This document shows positions 31,134 through 42,477 of a DNA stretch of 64,000 nt, piece after piece (within the stretch, counting starts at the first letter, position 1; each line of letters begins with the position of its first letter). Origin of the DNA: an uncultured Nitrososphaerota archaeon (lineage in GTDB: Archaea; Thermoproteota; Nitrososphaeria; Nitrososphaerales; Nitrosopumilaceae). Both the position numbers and the translations under genes were made by a program. The notes below the pieces were generated by a model that was given only the letters and a program-made list of their open reading frames with translations, did no database searches and was not told the DNA's origin. Location: assembly GCA_963722115.1 (NCBI GenBank), contig CAVRLU010000009.1, forward strand, positions 29,457 through 93,456, in the 5' to 3' direction.

Positions 31134-33829
31134 TAACTAATTTCTCAATAGTAAGGAGGGCATCTTTTATTTTTGATAGATTTTTTCCTCCCCCCTGGCC
31201 AAATGTGTCTCTTCCACCCCCTGAGCCACCAAGCACTTTAGATACATCCTTTACTAGATCTCCTGCTTTCTTGGTCAAAATTGCTTCAGAACCGCAAAAC
31301 GCAATTATCTTGATTGTTTCATTTTTTATTATTAATGCACAATAGATCAACGATTTTTCAATCTTAGTTGCCATCTCTCCTGTAGATATGTGAAATTCTT
31401 CATCAAGTTCTTCTTCAACTGTGCTGTAAAGTTTAACCTGTCCAATATTCTTTGCCTGAGCAATAGCCTCTTTTGCAGATGACTCTGAAGTTCTTTTCAT
31501 TAATTGCTTTAATTTTCTTTTTGCATCATCAGAATCCTTCATTACGTGTTCAAACGATTCTATCATCTTTTCTTTGCTTGAACCAAGTGATTTTACTATA
31601 TGTGAAATCTTTCTATCTTGAGTTTGAGTATACTTTAGTGCCGCCTCACCAGAAACAAATTCTAGTCTTACTACTCCATCTTGGATTCTCTCAGCTTTTG
31701 TAATTTTTATTAATCCTAATTCGCCCGTCTTTTTAACGTGAGTTCCACCACAAGCTTCCACATCAAATCCTTCTATGTTGACAATTCGTACTAGTTTTAC
31801 TGGAACTACTCCACCCTGATAAATTCTAAAACCATACTCTTGTTCAGCTTCGCCTCTTTCAAACTGATTGATTAATATCGGAATATTTTTTCTTATAGTG
31901 CTATTTGCAAGATCTTCTATCTTCATTATTTCTTCTTCTGTGAGATTTGAATGGTGAGTGATGTCAAGTCTTGCATAATCTACATCCTTGAATGCAGAAT
32001 GCTGCCATATCCATGAACCTAATATGTTTCTCGAAGATGCGTTTAGTACATGAGTACTGGTATGATTACGCGTTATTCCAAATCTTCTTGTAGAATCAAC
32101 TTTACATTTTACAATCATGCCTTCTTTTGGCGTAGAATCTTTTATCTCATGTAATACAACATTTCCATGTTTGGTAACATCTATCACATCAAATTCAGAA
32201 ATTTTTCCATGATCTGGCTCTTGTCCACCTCCTCTTGCATAAAATGACGTTTTATCCAGTACGACAAATTTATTATTAATTACTCGAAGAACTTTGGCTT
32301 CAAATTCATGAGGATCATCTTTGTAATACAGCAATTCTGTATCGGGTATTCCCTCCAAATTCAGTTCTTGCTTTTTTTCAGTTTTCTCAGATTGATGTAA
32401 ATCTGTTAATCTTTCATAGAACGTTGAAGGAATTTCTGGAATTATCTGAGCTTCTTTGAGGAAATCTGGAGTTATACCGTCTGACTCGTATAAGCGAATA
32501 AGATCATCTACTGACAATTTCTTATTCTGTGTCTTGAGATTAGTTGCCATGTTTTTCATTCTAACTCTAGATTCATTGTAACGACTCTTTTCTACCTCGA
32601 TTATTGTTTTAACATCATTACGAGTTTGTTCAAGCTCTGGGTAAGTTGATTTTAGATAATCTATATGTAGATCAATCAAGTCATTGAGATCAAAATTCCA
32701 CCTAAATCTATCAATCGTAGCAAGTGTTCTCCTTAGAATCATTCTCAAGTTGTATCCTCCTCCAACATTACTTGGCAATGCACCGTCCGAAATTGCAAAA
32801 ATGAGGGTTCTCAAATGATCAGCTATCGTGTATATGCCTTCAAGTGGTGAAATTATCTTATTTTGTTTTGTTTCATCTAGACCAGCAATTCTTGCAGCAG
32901 TTTTTCTGACTATTGAGATGTCTTCTGATTCTGATAGAGACTTTTGCAACTGCCATGAAGTATTTTGAAATTATGCTTGAATCTATGTCAATACCTATTT
33001 TTTGTATCATGTATTTTGTTATGGGTCCAAAACAGCAATCATATGCAGTTGGAGTTCCCATTGTTATCCATGCAAATCTTTCAAGGCCTGCTCCCATGTC
33101 TATGATCTTTTGATCTAAAATGGAATAGTTGTTCAAATCTCCTTGGAATTCAGTAAATACTGCATTACCAAGTTCTAAACCTCTTACAAAATATTCCAGT
33201 GATGAACCGAAAGATCCCCCACCTGCCCAGACATCTTCAACAAATACTATTTCCTTTTTATTAATTCCTAATCTATCTGTAAGAAGTTTAAAATCAAGTT
33301 CTACACATCTATCCTTCCAATATCCTTGTGAATTTGGTATACTGTGTTGTCCTATCATACAAAAACTAGAAAAATGTCTTCCAGTTACTCCAACATTCTC
33401 AATATCTTTGAATCTAAGACAAGTCTGAGGGACAATTAACGGATTGGCAGGAAATTCAAAGACAACTTTGGAACCCATCACTCTCTGAAAATCCACAATT
33501 GATGCAATCGTAAAATAAAGATCATCACGCCATCTGCAAACTACTGGATATCTTCCAACTGATTTATGATTATTCTGTACAAAAAAAGATTCTACTTCTT
33601 TCCATGCTTGTGTATAATCAAATCTCTTGTTTGTAGGAGGGTCTCCAATGAAGGAATAACTATTTTCTATATGATCAGGACACAAATTTAGGTTATCATC
33701 CAGAGTCCAAAAATATCTTCTACATTTACTGCATGATTTTCTTCTAAATCCCTCATTTTCAAATAATGCAACTTTATAGTATCTATCAGGATCAGTGGAA
33801 AACTTTGAAAGGATCTGATCTTTTTCCAT
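31120..33829 (-). CDS. alaS: Alanine--tRNA ligase, broken by one extra base at ~32940
   Basis: VGVTGRH, DMGAGLER, HTSTH and CGGTH editing motifs, DHHA1 GGG tail; frames join (AVAKALSESED) on deleting one base; span = 3n+1. Confidence 0.95.
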
Positions 33830-33906
33830 TTCACAATTTTTTCTTCTGACTGATATTAAGCATTCTGAAGCAACACATTAAATATGATTTATTAGAAAAG
33901 TTTCTC

Positions 33907-34413
33907 ATGTTCCAAAGGAAGGGTTGGAAAGAAGGAGACTTTGTCTTTGCATCCAAGCCCAATGGTGAGTATAGCGATATCATTGTAGGCATTGTAACAG
34001 GAGTAGAAAATGCAAATATTGGTGTTAATGGAATTGTGATAAATCCTGTAGGTTTGAAGAATAAAGTATCACAGGGAAAATCTGGTCCTCAATCAGTTGA
34101 GATTCTGAAAAATCCTAATCCAAAGGAGTGTATCTTTGCCTTGATCTATAGAGTTGAATACAATAATTTCACTGGAGTGTTTGATGTCAATAATGATCCA
34201 GTTGAAAAAATCCATAAAAATATTCATAATATTATTTCTGGTTGGGTTAGGGAATCAATTCCTGAATTGATTAACAATGTTCTTTCTTTACCTGATGGTT
34301 CAGAAAGGGATCAAGCAAAACGAATCCTAAAACAAAGAATGGATACACTTTATGATAAAGAATTGAAGAAATACATGTATTCAATCTGTAGAGGTCTTAA
34401 GATCTTAAACTAG
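33907..34413 (+). CDS. Hypothetical protein
   Basis: 168-aa ORF filling the gap between alaS and rpl12. Confidence 0.7.
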   Translation: MFQRKGWKEGDFVFASKPNGEYSDIIVGIVTGVENANIGVNGIVINPVGLKNKVSQGKSGPQSVEILKNPNPKECIFALIYRVEYNNFTGVFDVNNDPVEKIHKNIHNIISGWVRESIPELINNVLSLPDGSERDQAKRILKQRMDTLYDKELKKYMYSICRGLKILN

Positions 34414-34488
34414 AAAAGGCATTTTTAATTTATTTTTTCTTGAAGGCTCCATAGTTTTATATTATGCCTCTTGCAAAATTTGTTTACA

Positions 34489-34788
34489 ATGGAATACGTA
34501 TACGCTGCGTTGCTTTTGCACAAACAAAAGAAGGAAATCAACGAAGCAAATATTGCTAATGTTGTAAAGGCTTCTGGTGCTGAAGTAAATGAGGCACAAG
34601 TAAAAGCACTTGTAGCTGCACTAGCAGATGTGAACATTGAGGAAGCAATCAAAGCTGCCCCAGTAGCAGTTGCTGCACCAGCCGCACCATCAGGTGGAGG
34701 AGCAGCAGAAGGAAAGAAGGAAGCTGAATTACCATCTGCAAAGACCGAAGAACAGGCTATGGAAGGTCTTTCCGCACTATTCGGTTAA
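34489..34788 (+). CDS. rpl12: 50S ribosomal stalk protein P1/L12
   Basis: [11 protein letters not shown], Ala-rich hinge, C-terminal GLSALFG. Confidence 0.97.
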   Translation: MEYVYAALLLHKQKKEINEANIANVVKASGAEVNEAQVKALVAALADVNIEEAIKAAPVAVAAPAAPSGGGAAEGKKEAELPSAKTEEQAMEGLSALFG

Positions 34789-34860
34789 AACTGTAATTTT
34801 TATCCCCTTTTTGTAATTTCTTAAAAACATTATTTACTATAGTCTTGGTTACCTTGTTAT

Positions 34861-35493
34861 TTGACTGAATTATCGTCTCCGATTCAAGTTATTGTCTTGA
34901 TATTGGATTTGTTTGGAACGATGGCTTTTGCTGTCACAGGTGCATTCAAAGCAATAGAACACAAGGCAGACATTGTAGGAATTATTATTCTTGCAACAAT
35001 AACTGGTGTTGCGGGTGGAACTATACGGGATATCATCCTTGGTCATTTCCCACCTCACTCTATTTCTGATCCAAATTATGTAATTATTACTACAACTACA
35101 GGTGTTGTCATCTTCTTTCTCTATCCTAAAATGCAAAAACACTGGAATCTATTTCTAAAATTTGATGCTCTTGGATTGGGAGTATTCACTGCGATTGGTG
35201 CCACCTTAGCATATCAATTATTTGGAATGAACTTTCTTGCCATGGCCATGGCAGGAATGGTGACAGCTGTAGGAGGGGGAATTCTGCGAGATATGTTTGT
35301 AAACGAAATACCCATGGTTTTTGTTAAAGAGCTTTATGCATCAGCAAGTTTCCTAGGTGTTGTTGTTTTTTATATTCTTTTAATCACTAAATTTCAAATT
35401 GAAGTGGCAACAATCGGATCGATTGTAGTCACTGCTATGCTAAGGCTAGTTGCTATGAAATACAATTGGAATTTGCCCAAAGTGCGTGGATAA
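34861..35493 (+). CDS. Trimeric intracellular cation channel family (UPF0126) membrane protein
   Basis: Duplicated GGGxxRD motifs (AGGTIRD, GGGILRD), DALGLG, ELYA. Confidence 0.88.
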   Translation: MTELSSPIQVIVLILDLFGTMAFAVTGAFKAIEHKADIVGIIILATITGVAGGTIRDIILGHFPPHSISDPNYVIITTTTGVVIFFLYPKMQKHWNLFLKFDALGLGVFTAIGATLAYQLFGMNFLAMAMAGMVTAVGGGILRDMFVNEIPMVFVKELYASASFLGVVVFYILLITKFQIEVATIGSIVVTAMLRLVAMKYNWNLPKVRG

Positions 35494-35502
35494 TTTTCTA
35501 AA

Positions 35503-36370
35503 TTATTGAGTGCTATAGTTCTTTAGCTTTCCTGATAGTGATTTGGCTTGTCCATGAGCTCTCTGAATCGTTGATTCCTTAGTGTCTTCAGTAAGGAAAC
35601 CTGATTCTACTGCAAGTGATCTTGCCTGTTGAGCAGCTCTTGAAAGTATGATGTTGACGTTCTCCTTGGTTACATATCCTATCTCTATGGATAATGCTAA
35701 TGCTTCTTGATGGGCCTGAGCAAAAGCCGCTCTGTATTTTTCTAGGTCTACTGTTAATTCTTCTTCATTGTAAACTATCTTCTCCTCCAAGGCGGAGTTT
35801 AGTACTATGCCTGCCTCTACTGCCTTGACATCAAGACTTACTAAGTAAGGTGGCCAATTTTGCAGATATGGTATCGCCTTTCTTTGCAGCTACTGAATCC
35901 TTGGTTATCCAAACTGTTCCTTGATCAATCTTTGTTGAAACTCCAGCTTCTTTGAAATCTGTAAGAATTGGTCCAGGAGTAATTCCTGTGTTACCTGCTT
36001 TAATTACAACGTCTATGCTTGCTTTATCTCCACCTCTTGCAGCCATCATTATTTTATTTTTACCTAGTAAAATATTCAGTCTGATTGGACTCATATTTGT
36101 AAACATCAAAACACATTGTCCGACTAACTTTTCGGCAAGTTTTTCAAGTCCTGGAATCTTTAGTGTAGAAAGTGACTTTTGCGCAACTTTGTCTTTAATG
36201 CTTACGATTTCTACTTCCCCTTTGAATTTTTTTCTTAATGGTAATAATTGTGAAGATCTTACTTTTTCCATTCTAACTAGTGCTACAACTTTGTATTTAT
36301 TTGGTAATTCTTGAAGCTGCTGATACATCTGCATTTTCTTTTGAGGATATTTTGTTCTATTCTGATGCAT
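35503..36370 (-). CDS. rpl10: 50S ribosomal protein L10/P0, broken by one extra base at ~35836
   Basis: AGNTGITPGP motif; frames join as LLSKLDVKAVEAGIVL when the base is removed; span = 3n+1. Confidence 0.93.
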
Positions 36371-36371
36371 C

Positions 36372-37031
36372 TTACTTCGTTCCTGATTGTTGTACTGGCT
36401 TGATTATTTTTCCCATGCTTGTCTTAATCATTATTTTTTTGATATTCTTATCACCACTTGGTAATTTCTTTTCTATTGTGTTAATTACCGCATTAGCATT
36501 TGCAAGTAAATCCTCATCAGACATTGTTTCATCTCCTATCTTACATGCCAACGAAAGAGAATTTTTCAATTTCACTTTGATTGAAGATCTGAATCTTTCC
36601 AATATTGAATCAATTGGAGCATTGAATGGAAGTGGTGTAGGCATCTTGCCTCTAGGACCCATGAATTGACCTAATGTCTTACCTACATTTGCCATGACAG
36701 AAGTATCTGCAAGGAAAAAGTCATAACCATTAATTAATTTGCGTGATTCTCTCTTGTTTGTACCCATTTGTGTTATCTGTGCACTATCTATTACCATGTC
36801 TGCATTAGCACTCTTTGCTTTTACACCGAGATCTCCAGAAGCAATTACACAAATTTTAGCTGATTGATTCATCTTTTTTGGTAATTGAACTGTCTCAGTT
36901 ATTGCAAATCCTTTCTTCACATCTACATCTTTGAAAGTCATGATTAGCTCTACTGACTGCTTGAATTTTCTTGCCTTTGTACTCTTTTTAGCCTCTGTTA
37001 TCATCTGAGATATCTGGGACTCTGTAATCAT
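36372..37031 (-). CDS. rpl1: 50S ribosomal protein L1
   Basis: RKFKQSVEL, GPRGKMPTP, KTSMG. Confidence 0.96.
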   Translation of the reverse strand: MITESQISQMITEAKKSTKARKFKQSVELIMTFKDVDVKKGFAITETVQLPKKMNQSAKICVIASGDLGVKAKSANADMVIDSAQITQMGTNKRESRKLINGYDFFLADTSVMANVGKTLGQFMGPRGKMPTPLPFNAPIDSILERFRSSIKVKLKNSLSLACKIGDETMSDEDLLANANAVINTIEKKLPSGDKNIKKIMIKTSMGKIIKPVQQSGTK

Positions 37032-37198
37032 TACGAGAATCTTCCTGATTTGCCTATTTAAAATCCTTTAGCGACAAAATCATTCGAGAAATGCTAACAT
37101 TATAAAATTTTCATGTTGTTTAACTTATCTTGAAATAAGAATACTTTTGGCAAAAGGAACTTACATTTATTAAATACTAATAAAAAGAAGTCGCAAAG

Positions 37199-37658
37199 TT
37201 GCACAAATTCGATGAATTAGATATGAAAATAATTACTGAACTTAGTCGAGACGGTAATGCTTCAGTTCCTAATCTCTCAAAAAAACTTGGAGTAAATACT
37301 TCGGTTCTGTATAGTAGAATAAAGAGGCTTGTTAAGAAAAAATTAATCAAGAAATTTACTATTGTTGTTGACGAGTCTCTGATTGGTATAGGAGTAAGAG
37401 CTGACTATGGGTATTAACAGGGATCCAAAGTTAAAGGACCAGATCCATAAAGCATTGATAAAAACTCCTGAAATAGTTGCAATATCTGAAGTTACTGGAC
37501 GTTTTGATATTCTGTTAACTCTGAGGGCGCAGAACCTTGAAGAATTACATACTGTGGCTATAGAAAAGATAGGTAAAATAGAAGGAATTCAAAATACTGA
37601 AACTTTTGTTGAATTGCAAAGAACTGATAAGGATCCAGTTTATTCTGTAATTGAATAA
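37199..37658 (+). CDS. Lrp/AsnC family transcriptional regulator, broken by one extra base at ~37403
   Basis: N-terminal HTH (DELDMKII...RIKRL) and C-terminal EVTGRFD domain; joins as GVRATMGINR; span = 3n+1. Confidence 0.9.
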
Positions 37659-37659
37659 T

Positions 37660-38142
37660 TTACTTGAATTTATCGTCCCACTTACCTGCTTCTAATTCGG
37701 CTGTTGCCTCTTTAGGATTTTTACCATCTATTTTTACTCCAAGTGCCAAGCAAGTTCCGATTATTTCTTTTGCAGCAGATTTGATATTTAGTGCATAGGA
37801 TGAATCTATTTTTAACTTTGCAACCTTGATAACGGAATCTGATGATATTTCTCCAACCCATGTTGCACCAGAAGTTCCTGATCCTTTTTGAATGCCAGCC
37901 TCTTTTAGAATTAAAGCTGCAGCAGAAGGAATTCCTACTTCCACTGTCCATGTCTTTGTCTTCTTGTCTACATTGACTGTAACTGGTACTTTCATTCCCT
38001 CGAAATCTTTAGTTTTCTCATTTATTGCAGTGACTATTTGTAAAATATTAACGCCCAATGGTCCCAATGTTGGACCTAATGGAGGACCAGCACTAGTCTG
38101 GCCTCCTGTGACAAGTGCAGAAACACTTTGCATATCTGCCAT
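37660..38142 (-). CDS. rpl11: 50S ribosomal protein L11
   Basis: GPPLGPTLGPLG, GMKVPV, EIIGTC. Confidence 0.97.
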   Translation of the reverse strand: MADMQSVSALVTGGQTSAGPPLGPTLGPLGVNILQIVTAINEKTKDFEGMKVPVTVNVDKKTKTWTVEVGIPSAAALILKEAGIQKGSGTSGATWVGEISSDSVIKVAKLKIDSSYALNIKSAAKEIIGTCLALGVKIDGKNPKEATAELEAGKWDDKFK

Positions 38143-38181
38143 GATATTTTTCTTCCATCTTTACTGTAAATTTAATCCTTG

Positions 38182-38638
38182 CTAATGAGTTGATGGTTTA
38201 AGATAATTTGCATCAACAGTAACTGGTAATTGATATGGCGCATCAAGTAAAATTACAGTAGCCTCTTCTTTATCCTGATCTACTCTTGTAACTGTAGTCT
38301 TTCATACCTTTGAAGGGACCACCAATAATCTCAACAACTTGATCCACGACTAATTCTGAAACTGTGGATTTCTTTACCAAATATCCTTCTATGTCCTTGA
38401 ATGTTAATTCTCCTCTTAGTTGGCCTCTAATGTGTCTAATTCCCTGTAATGCATCAAATGCCGCGTTGGCATCTATGGCTTCAACAACAACATATCCTTT
38501 GAGATTCTCAAGAAGAAGAACTGATTGTATGTTGAGTTTTTTTAGTTTAATTCTGTTTTCTAGTAAACCCATAACAACTTTCTCTTGACCCCCCGTGGTT
38601 CTAACTGCGAAAAAGTGTGATTTTGTTTCTTGTGCCAT
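38182..38638 (-). CDS. spt5: Transcription elongation factor Spt5/NusG, broken by one extra base at ~38298
   Basis: NGN domain plus KOW (VEIIGGPFKG); continues MKATVTRVDQDKEEATVILLDAPYQLPVTVDANYL to TAG at 38182 after correction. Confidence 0.93.
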
Positions 38639-38639
38639 T

Positions 38640-38825
38640 CTATCTATGTCCTAAATTAATAACGGCAAATGTGAATTGAATTATGAACCCGATTGCACCA
38701 AGTGTAGCCATGCCAAGAACTACTAATCTCAGGTGTTCCATGTAATCTTCTTTATCTGACTTTTTGGCAAGTTTCATGGTGTTGACCATGTCCTTAAGCA
38801 TCTGTTTTGGGTTTACCTTTACCAT
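38640..38825 (-). CDS. secE: Protein translocase subunit SecE/Sec61-gamma
   Basis: LAKKSDKEDY plus single TM GAIGFII; lies upstream of spt5. Confidence 0.9.
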   Translation of the reverse strand: MVKVNPKQMLKDMVNTMKLAKKSDKEDYMEHLRLVVLGMATLGAIGFIIQFTFAVINLGHR

Positions 38826-38864
38826 TGGAGGACGTTAATAAAGTGTCCTTATAATTCTTATTTT

Positions 38865-39641
38865 ATGCAATTACTCATAGCATACCAATCGGATCCTGCG
38901 GGTTCTAACATGACATCATTCATTTCAAAACAAATGAAGATGAAAGATGAGATTTATCGTGGAAATAATTTTGATCTTGTAATAATACCGACTCCTGTAA
39001 TATCTGCTGACTGGCTTGAAGAAAAATATCATTATGACGGTTACGTGTTTTTATCAAAACATGCATCTGAGAGTGGAACACTTGCGTTGACTTGTCACAG
39101 TACTGGAAATTTTGGGGATGCTATGTTTGGTGGATTTCCCAGGCAGGTGGCAATACCGCATCCACACCTACAGAAATCATACATGAAACGATTATGGGAA
39201 GAAAGAGATAATTTCCCAAAATTTGACATAACAATAGAGGCAACTCATCACGGACCTACCGCCCTGAGTAAACCTACTTTGTTCATCGAAATAGGTACAA
39301 CTGAAAAAGAATGGACTGATAAAAAATTGTGTGAAAGTGTAGCAAAAATCGTCCTAAAAGAAATGTCTGAATCACAAAAGAAATATGATGTGGCCATATG
39401 TTTTGGAGGTACACACTATCCTAGTAAATTCAATAAAGAATTACTCGAGGGTGATTTTGCACTGGGAACTGTTATTCCAAAACATGGTTTAGATGATCTC
39501 GACAAAAGTCTTTTTGATCACGTTATAGAGCAAAATGATGAAGCTAAATTTGCATTGGTAGACTGGAGTGGACTTGGAAAGAATAAACAAAAAATTATTG
39601 AGATGATAAATTCAACTGATTTGGAGATGATAAAGATTTGA
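38865..39641 (+). CDS. dtdA: D-aminoacyl-tRNA deacylase (archaeal DTD2)
   Basis: DPAG, SKHAS, LTCHSTGN, EATHHGPT, FIEIG, GGTHY. Confidence 0.92.
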   Translation: MQLLIAYQSDPAGSNMTSFISKQMKMKDEIYRGNNFDLVIIPTPVISADWLEEKYHYDGYVFLSKHASESGTLALTCHSTGNFGDAMFGGFPRQVAIPHPHLQKSYMKRLWEERDNFPKFDITIEATHHGPTALSKPTLFIEIGTTEKEWTDKKLCESVAKIVLKEMSESQKKYDVAICFGGTHYPSKFNKELLEGDFALGTVIPKHGLDDLDKSLFDHVIEQNDEAKFALVDWSGLGKNKQKIIEMINSTDLEMIKI

Positions 39642-39934
39642 ATCTTGAACATGAGATATATACAAAACTCTTACAAGTACCAAAAGGAAAGGTAACAACT
39701 TATTCCGAGCTTGCAAAAGCAGTGGGTCTAAAAAATGGACAACGTGCTATTGGAAGAATAATGAACAAAAACCCATTTCCTGTTATTATTCCCTGTCATA
39801 GAGTGATTTTGTCCAATGGTAAGATTGGGGGTTATGCGTGGGGTGAGAAGATTAAGACTAACATGTTATCTCGGGAAGGAATTAAAATAAAGAATGGAAA
39901 AATTCTAGATACTGATAAAATCTATAGATTCTGA
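39638..39934 (+). CDS. ogt: O6-methylguanine-DNA methyltransferase family protein
   Basis: VPKGKVTTY, RAIG, IPCHRV active site. Confidence 0.88.
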   Translation: MNLEHEIYTKLLQVPKGKVTTYSELAKAVGLKNGQRAIGRIMNKNPFPVIIPCHRVILSNGKIGGYAWGEKIKTNMLSREGIKIKNGKILDTDKIYRF

Positions 39935-39936
39935 AT

Positions 39937-40386
39937 CTATTTCTTGGAACGAACTTCTTCTATTAGGCTACGAAGGTGAGCCAAATTTCTTACCTGGTTT
40001 CCACCGACTTGTTTGTAAAGTTTCCAATAGCTTGTATTTGCTATTTCTTTTCTTGATTTTGAAACTTTTAGTTGGTGTCTCATTGCTCTTATTCTCTTTA
40101 CATAAACTTCCTTCTTTCCCACTCTCGATCCTTTTCTTCCCTTCTTGGAACCTTGTTTAGTTCCACGTTTGCGTCTTTGGGCTTTCTTAAAATGTGCTCT
40201 TCCTTTTGAAGTTCCTACGATTGGTTTTATTTGAATTGTTCCTGCAGTTATCAAACTTCTAATGTTGTCACGAGTGATTGCATCTGTAACATCGTCTAGA
40301 TATTCTGGATCAAATCTTACTCTACCAGCTCCTACTCCAAGAATTCTGGAGACAAGTAGCCTTTTTGATTTAAGATTTACTACCAC
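39937..40386 (-). CDS. rpl19e: 50S ribosomal protein L19e
   Basis: DAITRDNIRSLI, GSKKG. Confidence 0.95.
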   Translation of the reverse strand: MVVNLKSKRLLVSRILGVGAGRVRFDPEYLDDVTDAITRDNIRSLITAGTIQIKPIVGTSKGRAHFKKAQRRKRGTKQGSKKGRKGSRVGKKEVYVKRIRAMRHQLKVSKSRKEIANTSYWKLYKQVGGNQVRNLAHLRSLIEEVRSKK

Positions 40387-40777
40387 TCGCTGACACCCTT
40401 GCGTTGAATACTTTGAAGTTCTTCTCTATTGCTTTTGTAATTATTTCAGTTCTTTTCTTTTTTCCTACTCCATGAGCAAATCTAATCCCATCTTTCTTTG
40501 GATCAAGTCTCTCCAAGTCTTTTAAGTTGTAAACTAAATTATCAGTAAATCCTGAAGGGTGTAATCCTCTTGCTATTTTTGGTCCGCCATATCCGACTCG
40601 TACTAAAGCTGGCCATCCTTTCTTCTGTTTTCTTTGATGATTATCCATGCCTTTGGGTTTTCTCCATGTTTCTGCAAGTTTTGAATATCTCCAGCTCTCT
40701 TGTCTGACAAAGATTGGCCTATGCTCAGCCACCTTCTTTCTAAGTTCAAGAGCTTCTTTATTGATCGGCATGTACAC
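40370..40777 (-). CDS. rpl32e: 50S ribosomal protein L32e
   Basis: FVRQESWRY, WRKPKGMDN, RGLHPSG. Confidence 0.96.
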   Translation of the reverse strand: MYMPINKEALELRKKVAEHRPIFVRQESWRYSKLAETWRKPKGMDNHQRKQKKGWPALVRVGYGGPKIARGLHPSGFTDNLVYNLKDLERLDPKKDGIRFAHGVGKKKRTEIITKAIEKNFKVFNARVSASGSKS

Positions 40778-40824
40778 GACTCTGACTAAATTTTACAATA
40801 AATACGTTTCTTGTTTCGTCATTT

Positions 40825-42477
40825 ATGATCCGAAGAGATAATAAGGAATTTCATAAGAAATCGTCTTACCCGATGATAGAGGATTTGGAACCTACGATCA
40901 CGCGTCATGTTGTATCTCAATTGGAGCAAATGGGAATTAGGCCTGCAAAGATACAGCGAAATTTACCAGTCAAGACCTTAATTGATTTAATTGAAGAAAA
41001 GAACGAGGGAATTCTTACTGCAAATGGGGCTATGGCAGTAAAAACTGGCAAATATACGGGAAGGTCTCCAGATGATCGTTTTATAGTAGATGATGAACAA
41101 ACCCACAATACTGTTGATTGGGGTAAAATCAATCACCCATTTCCAGAAGATAAATTTGATAAGATATTTGAAAAGATAAAAAAATATGTCGATAACAAAG
41201 ATGTTTTCATCTTTGATGGATTTGTAGGAGCAGACCAAGAACATAGATTGGCAATCCGAATCATAACTGATCATCCATGGCAGAGTCTGTTTGTAAGACA
41301 ACTCTTCATTAGACCAACCGTTTCAGAGCTTGAAGCACATAAACCAGAGTATACAGTTATTGCATTAAATGATTTCAAGGCAATCCCTGAAATAGATGGC
41401 ACAAGAACTGATGCATTCATTCTTCTTAATTATACAAAAAAAGTTGTTTTAATTGGAGCTACATCATATGCTGGAGAAATAAAGAAAGCTATGTTTTCAG
41501 TGATGAATTACATTTTGCCATCACATGGTGTCTTTCCAATGCATTGTTCTGCTAACATTGGAAAAAATGGTGATACGGCTTTATTCTTTGGTCTTTCAGG
41601 TACGGGAAAAACTACACTATCCGCAGATTCAAATCGTAATCTAATAGGTGACGATGAACATGGTTGGTCAGATAAAGGAGTTTTTAATTTTGAAGGTGGA
41701 TGTTATGCAAAGTGCATAAACCTCAACAAAGAAGCTGAGCCACAAATCTGGGATGCAATAAGATCTGGAGCAGTTTTGGAAAATGTTGTGATTGACAAAA
41801 ATACCATGATGCCAAATTTTCATGATGGAAGTATTACTGAAAATACTAGGGCCGCTTACCCTCTTGATTGCATTCCTGGCGCAGTAATACCCAGTCTTGG
41901 AGGAAATCCACAAGTTATAGTATTTCTCACTGCAGATGCATTTGGCGTATTACCGCCTATAGCTAGACTGACAAAAGAAGGAGCAATGTATCATTTTATG
42001 TCTGGGTATACAAGTAAACTTGCAGGTACGGAAAGAGGAATTACTGAACCAAAAGCAACCTTTTCAGAATGTTTTGGCGCTCCTTTTATGTCAAGACATG
42101 CATCAGTTTATGCAAAATTGCTAGGGGAAAAAATTACAAAACACAAGACAGTGGTTTATTTGATAAATACTGGTTGGTCAGGTGGACCCTATGGAATTGG
42201 AAAAAGAATGAATATTCATTATACTAGAAGTATGGTTACCGCAGCACTCTCTGGGCAGTTAAATAAGGTGAATTACAGACACGACTCAGTCTTCAACTTG
42301 GATGTTCCAACTACATGTCCGGATGTTCCATCTGATGTGTTGAATCCAAGGAATACTTGGTCTGATAAAGATGCTTATGATGTCTCTGCAAAGAAACTAG
42401 CTCAAATGTTTGTAGATAACTTCAAAAAATTTGGCAATGTTTCTTCAGAAATACAAGATGCTGGACCACATACCTAA
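40825..42477 (+). CDS. pckA: Phosphoenolpyruvate carboxykinase (ATP)
   Basis: TGRSPDD, GLSGTGKTTLS, IGDDEHGW, NFEGGCYAK, TENTR. Confidence 0.96.
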   Translation: MIRRDNKEFHKKSSYPMIEDLEPTITRHVVSQLEQMGIRPAKIQRNLPVKTLIDLIEEKNEGILTANGAMAVKTGKYTGRSPDDRFIVDDEQTHNTVDWGKINHPFPEDKFDKIFEKIKKYVDNKDVFIFDGFVGADQEHRLAIRIITDHPWQSLFVRQLFIRPTVSELEAHKPEYTVIALNDFKAIPEIDGTRTDAFILLNYTKKVVLIGATSYAGEIKKAMFSVMNYILPSHGVFPMHCSANIGKNGDTALFFGLSGTGKTTLSADSNRNLIGDDEHGWSDKGVFNFEGGCYAKCINLNKEAEPQIWDAIRSGAVLENVVIDKNTMMPNFHDGSITENTRAAYPLDCIPGAVIPSLGGNPQVIVFLTADAFGVLPPIARLTKEGAMYHFMSGYTSKLAGTERGITEPKATFSECFGAPFMSRHASVYAKLLGEKITKHKTVVYLINTGWSGGPYGIGKRMNIHYTRSMVTAALSGQLNKVNYRHDSVFNLDVPTTCPDVPSDVLNPRNTWSDKDAYDVSAKKLAQMFVDNFKKFGNVSSEIQDAGPHT